From IMG/VR virus record IMGVR_UViG_3300025396_000040, positions 1 through 34,936 of that record: 34,936 nucleotides of DNA. One strand, given 5' to 3'. The translations under genes and the position numbers were made by a program. The notes under the pieces are model-generated. The model was not told where the DNA came from. It was given only the letters and a program-made list of their open reading frames with translations, and searched no databases. The stretch is from a virus. Its lineage: Duplodnaviria; Caudoviricetes. The stretch's first letter is position 1; the number at the start of each line of letters is the position of its first letter. Shown piece after piece: positions 25,390 through 34,561 of this stretch.

Positions 25390-26708
25390 GGCTGCATATC
25401 CATCGCATAGCCGAACTTGTGCAGCTCAGGCAGCTTCTTGATGACACCGTCTCCGACATCGTTGCGGACGATCATGTTGGAGAACTTGATCTTGTCCACG
25501 GCGCCATAGACCTTGTCTTTCGCCTTGGAAACCGTCTTCCCAAGTCCGGTCACCACCATAACATATTCGCCGCTGGTTTGATAAATCGGCTTGTCCACGA
25601 CCTTGCCATCCTGCATGGCCGGTCCCTTGCCAATCATCATATCCACCGGGTGTACCTGGTCCCACATCTCGTCCGCACCAGCAATCGGATTCCCCTCAAC
25701 CTCCTTGGGTTCAGCGTCACCGTAAGGATAACGAGGCTGCGCCAGCACCACACCCATGGAAACATCGCGAGAGACCTTTAGGCTGTCCTCACCTCTCAAA
25801 AGGTCGAACATCCACTGGGCAGGGTCGCAGGGGTGTGACGCACACTGGATGAAGAACGCAGGCCAGCCCAGCCGGCACGTGAACTCAAACGGCCAAGCCT
25901 TGCCCTTGCTATCAATTCCGCACCCGATGGCGAAGTCGCCCCGATGGCCAGCCTTCAAAAGCTCGGCCTCCATAGGCATCAGCATCTCATCCGCCATCTT
26001 GTCCTGTTCAACATACTGGCAGACGGTGCCTTGCTCTCCGGTGTTGGGGCCGAAGTTGCCGGGCATGAGCTTCTTGTGCTCAAAGCAGATCTGCCACTTG
26101 TTGGGCAAGAACCCTTCCGGTCCAAACCACCCACTCACACCCACCTCGGCAATCATGTCGATCTTCTCTTGAAGCATGACCTGGCCCTTGGGGTTCAGCC
26201 CTTGTGCCTGCTTCCTCTGAAGCCAGCCCACCAGATCGGCGGGATCCGTGGAGACGTAGGACAGCGACTTGTCCTCATTGTCGCCCATGGTCTTGAACAC
26301 GTAGGACTTGTCCGACTTGCGGGCGAAGGTCTCGGCCTCTTTAAGGTTGTTGAACACTTGGTAGTCAGGGACATCGATCCCGACCCGCTTCATGGCGTCA
26401 AGTCCCGCTTTACGGTCGATCTCTAGCTTGGAGGACCGAACCGTTGGTGAGAATATTGTAAACCCCATGTCACGGTAACGATCCAGCTCGGGCATGAACT
26501 TGGCGTTGGCCGTGGTAACGATCAGGCCATTCTTCGCCCACGACATGGACGGCTTCCAATCGTCCACAATGGTTATGCCGGGGAAACCTTCACCGTTGCG
26601 CGTGGGTTTCTTGCTGTAGCGATACCACCGGACCTCATGCCCATAGGCTTCGCAGCGAACCGCAAAGTCGAGGCCGATGTTGTCTGCATCGATAAGCAAA
26701 ACTTTCAT
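25386..26708 (-). CDS. PurD (phosphoribosylamine-glycine ligase)-like ATP-grasp protein, divergent
   Basis: IFSPT..S.LEIDR, YVFK, LQEKI, EHKKL..G.GPNTGEQG and EFTCRLGWP align with PurD IFGPT..A.LEGSK, IVIK, IEEFL, DHKR..D.GPNTGGMG and EFNCRFGDP. Confidence 0.85.
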   Translation of the reverse strand: MKVLLIDADNIGLDFAVRCEAYGHEVRWYRYSKKPTRNGEGFPGITIVDDWKPSMSWAKNGLIVTTANAKFMPELDRYRDMGFTIFSPTVRSSKLEIDRKAGLDAMKRVGIDVPDYQVFNNLKEAETFARKSDKSYVFKTMGDNEDKSLSYVSTDPADLVGWLQRKQAQGLNPKGQVMLQEKIDMIAEVGVSGWFGPEGFLPNKWQICFEHKKLMPGNFGPNTGEQGTVCQYVEQDKMADEMLMPMEAELLKAGHRGDFAIGCGIDSKGKAWPFEFTCRLGWPAFFIQCASHPCDPAQWMFDLLRGEDSLKVSRDVSMGVVLAQPRYPYGDAEPKEVEGNPIAGADEMWDQVHPVDMMIGKGPAMQDGKVVDKPIYQTSGEYVMVVTGLGKTVSKAKDKVYGAVDKIKFSNMIVRNDVGDGVIKKLPELHKFGYAMDMQP

Positions 26709-27070
26709 TTGCAGATCCCGTAGCCATCAAGCCCTAACTCATGAGCTAATAGCATTTCCATGAGCATGGAGAAACGATGCTCGCGACGGTACGGTGCGCG
26801 GGGATCATCACCCGGCTCGGCGTCGTCTGAATGCAGCTTGGCCTCCAGTTCAGCCTGGAACCGCCAGTCATGGGCATCCACCGCTTCTTGGGATACTCCC
26901 CGCCGCTTGCAGAGGTACGCCTCCACAAGCTCATGCAGGGCGATCAGCAAGGCTTCCGGCTCATCCCCCGTGGCGCGGATGTGCAGGCAATCGTCCGCAA
27001 ACCACCAGTCACCCAGCGTGTCGTAGCGTTGCTCTTCGCCAGGGATGAAACGGATGTCTATACGGTTCAT
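26705..27070 (-). CDS. Small HExxE-motif putative metalloprotein
   Basis: QRYDTLGDWW..ALHELVEAYLC..VDAHD..EPGDDPRAPYRREH..ME; ATGA overlaps with both neighbours. Confidence 0.7.
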   Translation of the reverse strand: MNRIDIRFIPGEEQRYDTLGDWWFADDCLHIRATGDEPEALLIALHELVEAYLCKRRGVSQEAVDAHDWRFQAELEAKLHSDDAEPGDDPRAPYRREHRFSMLMEMLLAHELGLDGYGICK

Positions 27071-28623
27071 TGTTGAACACTCGGGGGCAGAACTTGGCCG
27101 GCAGCCTGGGTGGTCAGTGGCAGCGCGTTAACTCCGGTCCTTTGGGGAACCTTGACCCCACGGCGCAGCATTTGAGATGCGAGCGCATTGGTCGATGGCG
27201 CGACAACAAAATTATTGAGCAGTCCACCAACACCCTTGGCGGTTGAACGTTCAGACGTGCCAGAATCCGGGATGAGATCCCGCATGACCATATGATTGCG
27301 TTCAGCGAACGGTTGCATCAAAGCATCGCCCGCAGCGTACAATTTATGACGCACACCACCGGCTTGGCGTTTCACTTCTGCCAGCAAATCGCCAGAACTA
27401 AACACGCCGAAGCTGTCTTTCCGCCGAGTTGCGGCTTCTTCAACTCGGGTCAACATCGCGTAGGATTTATTAGTTGCCCGCAATGCATCCCGCACACCGG
27501 GGTCCGAATGCCGTTCAGCAGCGGTTCGCAACGCCATTTGCACATTGGACAATTCATCGCCCAACAATTGCTGCGCGGTGTCACCAGAACGCTTGTATAT
27601 TCTGGAAAGATGACCGACTTGCGATTCAATGTCTTTAAATGTCTGGCCGTCAATCCGATCGCCAGGCTTGAGACGCTTCAGGACGCGGCCATTGATGATC
27701 GCTTCCAATTGCTTTTCTTGCGCGGGCGGAAGTTCAGCGCCACCCGCTCTGATCACGCTCAGATCGTGGACAAACTCATCATCGGCCTTAACCTTGATCT
27801 TCGGAATGATCTTTTCGTATTGATCGCTTAGAATTTGCTGAAGGTTTTCAATTCCTTCCCGCCCGACTTTGCCGGTGTACTTGATCCCGAGGGGCTCCAA
27901 CACTTGATTATAAGCGGCGACGTTCATGCTGCGAACAGAACGATCTTCCTCCTGGCGGATGGCCTGGCTGACAAACGGATTGCTCTTCGCACGTTGTTCG
28001 GCCCGCGCCAAAGCGCCGCCCGCGCGGCGACCCGGCGTGAGATAAATTCCTTGAGACTCCATGTCAGCGACATGCTGCGGATTGATCTCAAACGTTTCTG
28101 CTTCCCAAGGTTCACGTACCGGCGGCTTCACGACACCCTTCAGAGCGTTCTTTCCAGCCGACACAGCACCGCCAAGGCCAGCCTCCAGGATGCGACCTCC
28201 CATGACACCAGCAGCGCCCTCGGGAACATCCAGAGCCGCACGTTTGGCTTGTTCAGCAAGCGTAGTTCTTGGGGCAGCACCAGATTGCTGAGTGGCCCAA
28301 TCGTATAACTGACCGCCGAGGCCAGCGCCCAGACCGACACCCGCAGCCTCCGTTGCTATACCGCCAAGACCAAGCGTCGGGATTGCCGCCACGCCAGCTT
28401 CCGGCAATGCCAATGCGCCACCGATGATTCCGCCCGCACCCGTCGCGAGTGCTCGACCCGTGTCGCGCCACTTGTCGGCGGCAGTTTGAGCGCGTTGAAG
28501 GGGTGGCGGTTTAGTTGCAACTGGCGCGGCGTGTTGCTCCATTGCAATCGCAATATCCGAATCCGGCGTCCCGTCGGGAAACGTAATGAATGCGCCGTCT
28601 GGTGCTCTGACACGCATAGGCAT
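27067..28623 (-). CDS. Putative DNA ejection/internal virion protein (gp16 position)
   Basis: Third large helical ORF of the ejection cluster; APDG..ITFPDGTPD N-terminus; Gly/Ala hydrophobic stretch. Confidence 0.65.
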   Translation of the reverse strand: MPMRVRAPDGAFITFPDGTPDSDIAIAMEQHAAPVATKPPPLQRAQTAADKWRDTGRALATGAGGIIGGALALPEAGVAAIPTLGLGGIATEAAGVGLGAGLGGQLYDWATQQSGAAPRTTLAEQAKRAALDVPEGAAGVMGGRILEAGLGGAVSAGKNALKGVVKPPVREPWEAETFEINPQHVADMESQGIYLTPGRRAGGALARAEQRAKSNPFVSQAIRQEEDRSVRSMNVAAYNQVLEPLGIKYTGKVGREGIENLQQILSDQYEKIIPKIKVKADDEFVHDLSVIRAGGAELPPAQEKQLEAIINGRVLKRLKPGDRIDGQTFKDIESQVGHLSRIYKRSGDTAQQLLGDELSNVQMALRTAAERHSDPGVRDALRATNKSYAMLTRVEEAATRRKDSFGVFSSGDLLAEVKRQAGGVRHKLYAAGDALMQPFAERNHMVMRDLIPDSGTSERSTAKGVGGLLNNFVVAPSTNALASQMLRRGVKVPQRTGVNALPLTTQAAGQVLPPSVQQ

Positions 28624-30005
28624 TAGCGTTGCACCTTCTCAGTTTTTTTGGTTGCCGGATTCCAAACGTATTCGGTCACGCCAGCTGGCGCGGCAGGCGC
28701 AGTGCCATCCGGCGACATCTCTTCAGCAGCGGATTCCTTGGCGGACGCCTTAATCGCGGAAATCTCCGACAAGAGTTGCTCGCCCTTCGCCCTGGCGTCG
28801 GCAGGGCTGGTGATGCCGAGCAGATCTCTCGCGTGCTTGCGTGTCTCAGCGTCACCCGCACCAGTCGGTGCAAGAGACCGGGCGTAGGCACCCGCGACAG
28901 CATTTGACGCCAGCAGGGCTTTGCTGACGGCAGGGTCACTGACTTGCGTCTTGCCCGCCAGAAGGGCGTCACGAAACATCTTCACTTGCGGCAAGCTGAG
29001 AGCCGACACCCGATCCACATATTGCGGAATCAGGCCTTTGGTCTCGTTGCTGTAGTAGTCCATCTGGCTTTTCAGCGTGGCGGTCCGTGCCATGCCCTTG
29101 CCTGATGCTTGATCGGCCAAGATCTCAGCGGATGTAGGCTCGCGTCCGTTCTTGGCTTTGAACTCTCGCCTGAACGCACCAGCCGCCATTTGGGCGTATG
29201 TCGGTGCGCGTCCGGTCTGCTTTTCAACAGATTCCGGTGCTTTGATGGGCGTGCCATCCAGCGTGGACGCCTTACCCGTCCTGGCGTTGTATCGGATCGT
29301 GGCGCCGGTGGTCGGGTCGTTCATAACCGTCCAACCGGATTCCGCCTCCTTCTGACGTTCAAACTGGAGGCGAGCGCCCTCAATGCCGACCCGTTTCGTC
29401 TCAATGCCTTCCTTGAAGGTTTCTTCCCGTCGCTTTTCCTGACGGTCGAGATAATCCTTGGACGCCACGGAGAACGTGCCAGGATCGAACTGGCGAGGCA
29501 TCTTGTGGCCCTTGGGCGCAATCTCACTGAGGTCGGCAAAGTCCTGATCCCAGACCTTCTGCGCGGCTGCTTGCTTCTCACCAACAGAACCTTTTGTGCT
29601 GGTGTAGGCTTCCATGGCTCGGCCGGCAGCGTCGTGCTGGGCTTCCTCAAACTTCATCATCCGCTCGGATTCTTTGGCATCCGTTTCGGCTTGAAGCTTA
29701 GTGGTCTCGGCCGTCAATTTGTCTTGCTCTTGGTTGCCCTTGACCAGCGCAGAATACGCATTGAAGTCCAAGCCACGAATTTTGGCGAGCGTGTTTGCAT
29801 CGACCTTTTGACCCGGCTCATAACTTGATTGAGCCAAGACGTCCTGAATGGCATTGGCCTTCTGCGAAGCAGCTTGCGCCGCCTGCATTTCCATCTGCTG
29901 GGCTTTTAGCTGTTGCAGCATGTTCGCTTGTTTCATCGCATTCGACGGATCGAATTGCTGAAACTGCGTGTTCAACATGCCGTAGATTGAGGTGTCGAGC
30001 GCCAT
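28623..30005 (-). CDS. Putative DNA ejection protein (gp20 position)
   Basis: MALDTSI start, Gln/Ala-rich coiled coils, synteny. Confidence 0.65.
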   Translation of the reverse strand: MALDTSIYGMLNTQFQQFDPSNAMKQANMLQQLKAQQMEMQAAQAASQKANAIQDVLAQSSYEPGQKVDANTLAKIRGLDFNAYSALVKGNQEQDKLTAETTKLQAETDAKESERMMKFEEAQHDAAGRAMEAYTSTKGSVGEKQAAAQKVWDQDFADLSEIAPKGHKMPRQFDPGTFSVASKDYLDRQEKRREETFKEGIETKRVGIEGARLQFERQKEAESGWTVMNDPTTGATIRYNARTGKASTLDGTPIKAPESVEKQTGRAPTYAQMAAGAFRREFKAKNGREPTSAEILADQASGKGMARTATLKSQMDYYSNETKGLIPQYVDRVSALSLPQVKMFRDALLAGKTQVSDPAVSKALLASNAVAGAYARSLAPTGAGDAETRKHARDLLGITSPADARAKGEQLLSEISAIKASAKESAAEEMSPDGTAPAAPAGVTEYVWNPATKKTEKVQR

Positions 30006-30007
30006 GA

Positions 30008-30808
30008 TCAGCCCCCAGTAAACGTGAAGTCAAGCGGGCTTGAGGCAAGGGGTGCGCCCGTCATGGCATAAGTCGGAGAGACAAGCGGTCCAGCACCGCC
30101 AAACACGCCGCCGGAATTTCCATAAAGTTGCTGCATGGTCAGCGCATTGGCGATGCTGTTGACCCCACCACCAATAGCGCCGGTAATAGCGTTTGCACCC
30201 GCGATGCCCGCCGCGCCTTGTGCGCTTGCCGACCCAGTCATCAAGTTGCCCGCCGCGTTAGCGTAATTTTGACCGGCTTGTCCCACGCCCGCCGCCGCGT
30301 TTTGGCCAAGGTTGGCTACATCGGCTAGCTGGTTGTATCTCTGATTTTGTTGCCCCATGTAGTTCTGGAGCTGCTGTTGATAGTCCATCTGCGCCAGCCC
30401 TTGGCCCTGCTGTTGCAATGCGAGAAGCTGGTTGCCGCCGAGCCCACCAATGCGTGACGCCGCATTCTGTGCCGATTGCAGGCCCTGTTGCAGTTCAAAT
30501 TGATAAGCGGGTGAGGCTTGAAATGCTTGCTGGCTGAACGGCGCGTTGAGTGAACCTTGACCAATTGCTCCGGTTGATCCTGGCGCGAGGCCAAGCCCTT
30601 GTTGCAACGCCGTCAACGCATTGCCACCAGCCGCCATATACGGCGCTTGATTGGCTTGCAGTTGCTGGAATTGTTGCGCTTGTAGGGCCTGCGCGTTTGC
30701 GGAGGCTTGCGCCTGTGCGTCGGCGGCGTCAGACGCTGCGCCTGACGCAATAGCCGCGCCTCCCACAGATGCAGCGCCCATGATGAGCGCAGGAATAAAG
30801 AAAGGCAT
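30008..30808 (-). CDS. Putative DNA ejection/pilot protein (gp7-like)
   Basis: Hydrophobic Gly/Ala N-terminus, AADAQAQA..QAPYMAAG..SPAYQF..QQG..LGQNAAAGVG. Confidence 0.75.
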   Translation of the reverse strand: MPFFIPALIMGAASVGGAAIASGAASDAADAQAQASANAQALQAQQFQQLQANQAPYMAAGGNALTALQQGLGLAPGSTGAIGQGSLNAPFSQQAFQASPAYQFELQQGLQSAQNAASRIGGLGGNQLLALQQQGQGLAQMDYQQQLQNYMGQQNQRYNQLADVANLGQNAAAGVGQAGQNYANAAGNLMTGSASAQGAAGIAGANAITGAIGGGVNSIANALTMQQLYGNSGGVFGGAGPLVSPTYAMTGAPLASSPLDFTFTGG

Positions 30809-30811
30809 GGT

Positions 30812-31363
30812 CTATTCCTTCAATTCGTCAGGCACCCACCATTCATTAACACCGTGCGCCATCTCGACGTTATAACCCAAATCGCTCTGGATGTTCAGAT
30901 GCATAAGTTGATGCAGCATCGGCTGGGACGTTCCCGGTGTCAGCCAATCAATAGCGTCCGAGATCGTCCAGTAGCTCAATTCATTGTAAGGTATCACTCG
31001 CACCAACGGGTGGTTTTCATATAGCCGCAGCATCTCTTGCAGGGCTTCCAGCCGTTTGCGCATTATTGGATTGTGAATGCCGTACCGATGGAAGCTTTCT
31101 TCCACCTGATCCACCGATCGGCGGATAATCAATGTCCTCGGGCGGAGTTCGTCCAGGATCGAAGGCAGCAGCATTCCCAGACCGGAATCCGAGATGCCCA
31201 CATACCGGAACTTGCTCTCGGTCCACAGCCGCACCAGCTCGGGCCAATCACTTAGCCATGCGGTGGGTTCATGATGGCACACACTCTCCGGTGTGGAGGT
31301 TGCAACAGAGAACCAAGCCGTCCGAGATCTGGGCAAGCCGGTGATGAAAAACGGTGTGCTCAT
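30812..31363 (-). CDS. Sulfotransferase-like P-loop protein, 183 aa
   Basis: FFITGLPRSRTAWFS (5'-PSB-like), CHHEP and IIRRSVDQVEES (3'-PB-like); start reassigned to ATG 31363 (ATGA overlap). Confidence 0.65.
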   Translation of the reverse strand: MSTPFFITGLPRSRTAWFSVATSTPESVCHHEPTAWLSDWPELVRLWTESKFRYVGISDSGLGMLLPSILDELRPRTLIIRRSVDQVEESFHRYGIHNPIMRKRLEALQEMLRLYENHPLVRVIPYNELSYWTISDAIDWLTPGTSQPMLHQLMHLNIQSDLGYNVEMAHGVNEWWVPDELKE

Positions 31364-31575
31364 GGACCCGTTAGCGCCGCGATGATGGCGTTGACCGCAG
31401 TGACAATCTGCGTCGTGGTTGGGCTGGCTGGCAACGGGGTGATAGCAGAACAGGACTTCTGCAAGTTGCTCACCGCATTGGCCAGCGTGACGTTGTATTG
31501 ATAGTAGGCCGGCACCGGCTGACCATTGGGCTGCACCCATGGGCTAGGTGCGACTGGGGATACCTTGACAACCAT
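31360..31575 (-). CDS. Small tail protein (gp26 needle position)
   Basis: 71 aa, coupled to the gp10-like gene; P.P.YYQY and IVTAVNAIIAAL motifs. Confidence 0.55.
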   Translation of the reverse strand: MVVKVSPVAPSPWVQPNGQPVPAYYQYNVTLANAVSNLQKSCSAITPLPASPTTTQIVTAVNAIIAALTGP

Positions 31576-32990
31576 CAGCCAATCTCTGCTGCCAGCAATG
31601 CCACCTTGTAGGGATCACTCGACGATAGCTCAAACACCCGATCCTGACTCAAGCCGCGCCGTTCAATCCCCAGCCGGTTGAACTTGATGCGCTGTGCAGT
31701 AGCACCGATCAGACCGACAGGCTGGAAGAACTCCGACGTGTAGCTGGACGAGTCAAACGTCTGGCGCAGCATCATCTGCGGATTGTCCACCGTTGAAATG
31801 CCACCGGTCTCAGCCTGTATCTCAAGCCAGGAGATCCGAAACGCATTGGATGTCGTCTGAGGCAGCGCCCGCCAGCTCCTCAACCATTTCCGCCGCTGAC
31901 CGGCGTCAGTGTAGGTGTTGAGGTTGTACGCATAGAGCTTGCCAGCGTTGTAATCCCCCACCACAACCTTGCCTGCAAAGAATTGACAGGTTGCCGTCTG
32001 GTGACGGGAGAAGTTGCCGTTGCTGAACGCAAGCCGCTTGTGCCAGGCGGGATATCCCAGCTGCCGGGTTGCAGTGAGATCCAGCACCCAGGTCTCATTA
32101 CCAGAGGGGAAAGTGATCTGGTAGAAGTAATGGCCTTCCTGTTGGTAGGCGTAGGCGATGGCATCCGTCAGCGTGGGATACTGAGCGGTGGCGTATTCCA
32201 TGCCGTGTGTCGAGACCCGTTCCGGCTGATACCCGTTTGCGAGATAGACCACGCCTTGGCCCTGGTCGTTCTGCGAAAGCCACAGGAGGTTGTCACCGAC
32301 ATTGCAGATCGAACCCTGTGCGATGCACCCGATCTCAAGCGACACACCGTCAAGACGCTGGAAGGCAAACGGGGATAACCCAGCATTCACCCACACAAAC
32401 GTCCCGCGTTCCTTGAACACGTAGATCTGTCGGTGCAGTTCACCGATGCCGACGATGTTGGACAGCTTGCCGTTCTCCACGCCGTAGTTCAGCGCCGGCC
32501 AGCTGGTCAGGTCGTTGATGGACGATTGCCAGATGTTGGACGTTCCGTTCTGACTGACAACACCGAAGCCGTCCTGGTACACCGCAAGGCCGGGATTGCT
32601 GAATGGCAACGTGATGGAGTTAAGCGCACCGTTGACGATGCTATATCCCCCGATGCCATCAAACAGCGCCACTTGGGTTGCGTTGGCGATCATGGAGACC
32701 TGACCGGAACCCGTGGCGATATTCCCCAGCAGGGACACGTTGAAGTTTGAAGTGACGATATAAACGCCCGTCCCCGACACCACGTACAGGTTGCCGTTGA
32801 AGGTCAGCATGCCGCGAATGGGGCCGTTGCCCACCGTTGCGAGAAGGTCCAGACCCGGCGTGCCATAAAACGCACCGACCTGTGCGCCTTGCTTGGTCTC
32901 TACGATCTCAGGATAAAGGTTGATGCACTGCTCAAGCGACAGGTCCCGCGAGCGGGAGACGTAAGCCGTGCCGAGGAAGGGCGTCTTCAT
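31575..32990 (-). CDS. Tail hub/DNA stabilisation protein, P22 gp10-like
   Basis: CINLYPE..GTPGL..GPIRG..IGCIA..RVSTHGME..AYQQEGHYFYQITFP..TWVLD..WH. Confidence 0.88.
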   Translation of the reverse strand: MKTPFLGTAYVSRSRDLSLEQCINLYPEIVETKQGAQVGAFYGTPGLDLLATVGNGPIRGMLTFNGNLYVVSGTGVYIVTSNFNVSLLGNIATGSGQVSMIANATQVALFDGIGGYSIVNGALNSITLPFSNPGLAVYQDGFGVVSQNGTSNIWQSSINDLTSWPALNYGVENGKLSNIVGIGELHRQIYVFKERGTFVWVNAGLSPFAFQRLDGVSLEIGCIAQGSICNVGDNLLWLSQNDQGQGVVYLANGYQPERVSTHGMEYATAQYPTLTDAIAYAYQQEGHYFYQITFPSGNETWVLDLTATRQLGYPAWHKRLAFSNGNFSRHQTATCQFFAGKVVVGDYNAGKLYAYNLNTYTDAGQRRKWLRSWRALPQTTSNAFRISWLEIQAETGGISTVDNPQMMLRQTFDSSSYTSEFFQPVGLIGATAQRIKFNRLGIERRGLSQDRVFELSSSDPYKVALLAAEIG

Positions 32991-33253
32991 TCACCCTCCA
33001 TCCAATGATTGAGATATCTTGCTTGAAGGCCCGTCAAAGCCGCCAGCATGACATGCGTCCCCGCATTGTCCCCATGACACCAGCCTAGCGTAGTGTCCCG
33101 GTTAGGAGCCGCGTAGGCGTAAGCGATGGCCACGATTTCGCCACGCTTGGCTTCTTCCAGAATGCGTTCGAGATCCGCCACGATGTCAGCATCTGCTGTA
33201 CCGGGAGGAACTCTGCCAAACGGCGAGATGACTTCACCCATCAGGTTCCCCAC
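32987..33253 (-). CDS. Hypothetical protein
   Basis: LERILEEAKRGEIVAIAYA; overlaps both neighbours. Confidence 0.65.
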   Translation of the reverse strand: MGNLMGEVISPFGRVPPGTADADIVADLERILEEAKRGEIVAIAYAYAAPNRDTTLGWCHGDNAGTHVMLAALTGLQARYLNHWMEGE

Positions 33254-33762
33254 CTTTCATGCGGGCGGCGGTTCTGCGACTGGGTGGCGCAATCGGCCCA
33301 GCGGCAATTTTCAGGCTCATATATACCGTCATTGTTGATGCGGTCCAAGGTGTAACCGGGATGGGGGATCGGCCCCATGTCCTGTAGGAACATTTGGTAG
33401 TCAGCCCAGCGATCACATACGCGAATGCCACGCTCGTAATAGCTTCTCTTCATGGCAGCATTCCGTGCCGAGCATCTGCGGTGCATTGACATCCAGGCGC
33501 GATATTCTGGCGTCCAGTTTTGGGTTTGCCCTGATCTGGCAGTCGGGATTGCCGGAGTCAGTTTGCGAGCAATCGATATGGGCTTTTGACAGCCGCAGGA
33601 TTTGCTTTTCCCTGTTCGCAGAGTTTGCGCGTTAACGGTGCGCTCTACACCGCAATCGCATTTGCAGCGCCACACGCTTTGCCCAAGTTTGTTGGCACCG
33701 CCAAATTCCACGACGGTCCAAGCGCCAATCCGCTTGCCGGTAAGATCGATACGAGCAGACAT
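33241..33762 (-). CDS. HNH homing-endonuclease-like protein
   Basis: DLTGKRIGAWTV..WRCKCDCG..SCGC..YRAW.SM..RC..RGIRVCDRW..TLDRINND..YEPENCRWA..Q..NRR; GGAGG SD before ATG 33762. Confidence 0.88.
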   Translation of the reverse strand: MSARIDLTGKRIGAWTVVEFGGANKLGQSVWRCKCDCGVERTVNAQTLRTGKSKSCGCQKPISIARKLTPAIPTARSGQTQNWTPEYRAWMSMHRRCSARNAAMKRSYYERGIRVCDRWADYQMFLQDMGPIPHPGYTLDRINNDGIYEPENCRWADCATQSQNRRPHERWGT

Positions 33763-33765
33763 GTA

Positions 33766-33790
33766 AACCTCCCTTTGATTGTGGGAGGCT
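33766..33790 (-). promoter_or_regulatory. Hairpin occluding the HNH gene SD
   Basis: Minus-strand AGCCUCCC-ACAAUCAAA-GGGAGGUU; candidate promoter TTGAGC-N17-TAGCCT overlaps the 5' arm. Confidence 0.6.
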
Positions 33791-33826
33791 AACACTTATA
33801 CCGAAACCGCTCAACCCCTTATGGGA

Positions 33827-34561
33827 TCAGGTCCCGCCCGCACGGTCGCGATATATGTTGTAAACTGGAGATGCGCGGCTAACGATCTCGGGATCAAACA
33901 CGGCCTTGATCGGCGTCATGTTCGTCCGCTTGATGTTGCCGAGCGCTTTGGCTGCGGAGCGCACCAGCAGGGGATTGGCTTCCGCGTCGGTGAAGTAGGG
34001 TTGAAGCTCAAGGGCGAGGTTCGTCGTTATTGCCAGCTTGTAGCCCAGCGGCAGCGACATGTTCGTCGAGAGCGTGGGAAACTCTTGGAGCTGGAGGTAG
34101 CTGTCAAAGAACAGCGTGTACGCCTGCTGCGGCACCGGGAAGAGCTTGATGATCCCCAGCGGATATTGCGGGTCATAGAACATGGTGTCGGGGATGTCCG
34201 ACGTGTTGGTCTTCAGCCCAATCAGGTTCCACTGATCCTGCGTGATGACCGCGATATCATAGTCGTTGTTGTTGGTGTCGCGGATCCGCGCTCGACCTGG
34301 TCCTTCGGGAATGCGGAGGGGGCGAACCGATACGCCCGTCCCCCCCGTTCCACACGTATACGCAGCGGTGCCTGGAACAAGAGTGAAGGACTGTTCCAGG
34401 TTGGCATACGTGACAAGGTTCTCATTCGACCATGAGTCCATCAGGTCGTTGAGGACGTTCAGACCAAGCTGCGCGTCGGAACTGTTGAGAGTTTCCGTCG
34501 CGGCATACACCCCAAGCTTCTGAAGTGCGTCTAGGATCAGCTGGCCTGCGTTTACGGTCAT
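33827..34561 (-). CDS. Head-tail adaptor (P22 gp4 position)
   Basis: LILDALQKLGV.A..ETL...DAQ.GL..LNDLMDSWSNE..LPLGYKLAITTNLALEL.PYF. Confidence 0.78.
   Translation of the reverse strand: MTVNAGQLILDALQKLGVYAATETLNSSDAQLGLNVLNDLMDSWSNENLVTYANLEQSFTLVPGTAAYTCGTGGTGVSVRPLRIPEGPGRARIRDTNNNDYDIAVITQDQWNLIGLKTNTSDIPDTMFYDPQYPLGIIKLFPVPQQAYTLFFDSYLQLQEFPTLSTNMSLPLGYKLAITTNLALELQPYFTDAEANPLLVRSAAKALGNIKRTNMTPIKAVFDPEIVSRASPVYNIYRDRAGGT

Noticed and set aside
25386-26708. Calling this purD, an auxiliary purine-synthesis gene
   Set aside because: Substrate-binding motifs differ, no other pur genes are present, and it sits in the virion operon; homology accepted, orthology not
33241-33826. Group I intron or intein around the HNH/EndoVII genes
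   Set aside because: Flanking genes appear intact and the non-coding flanks are too short for a ribozyme core
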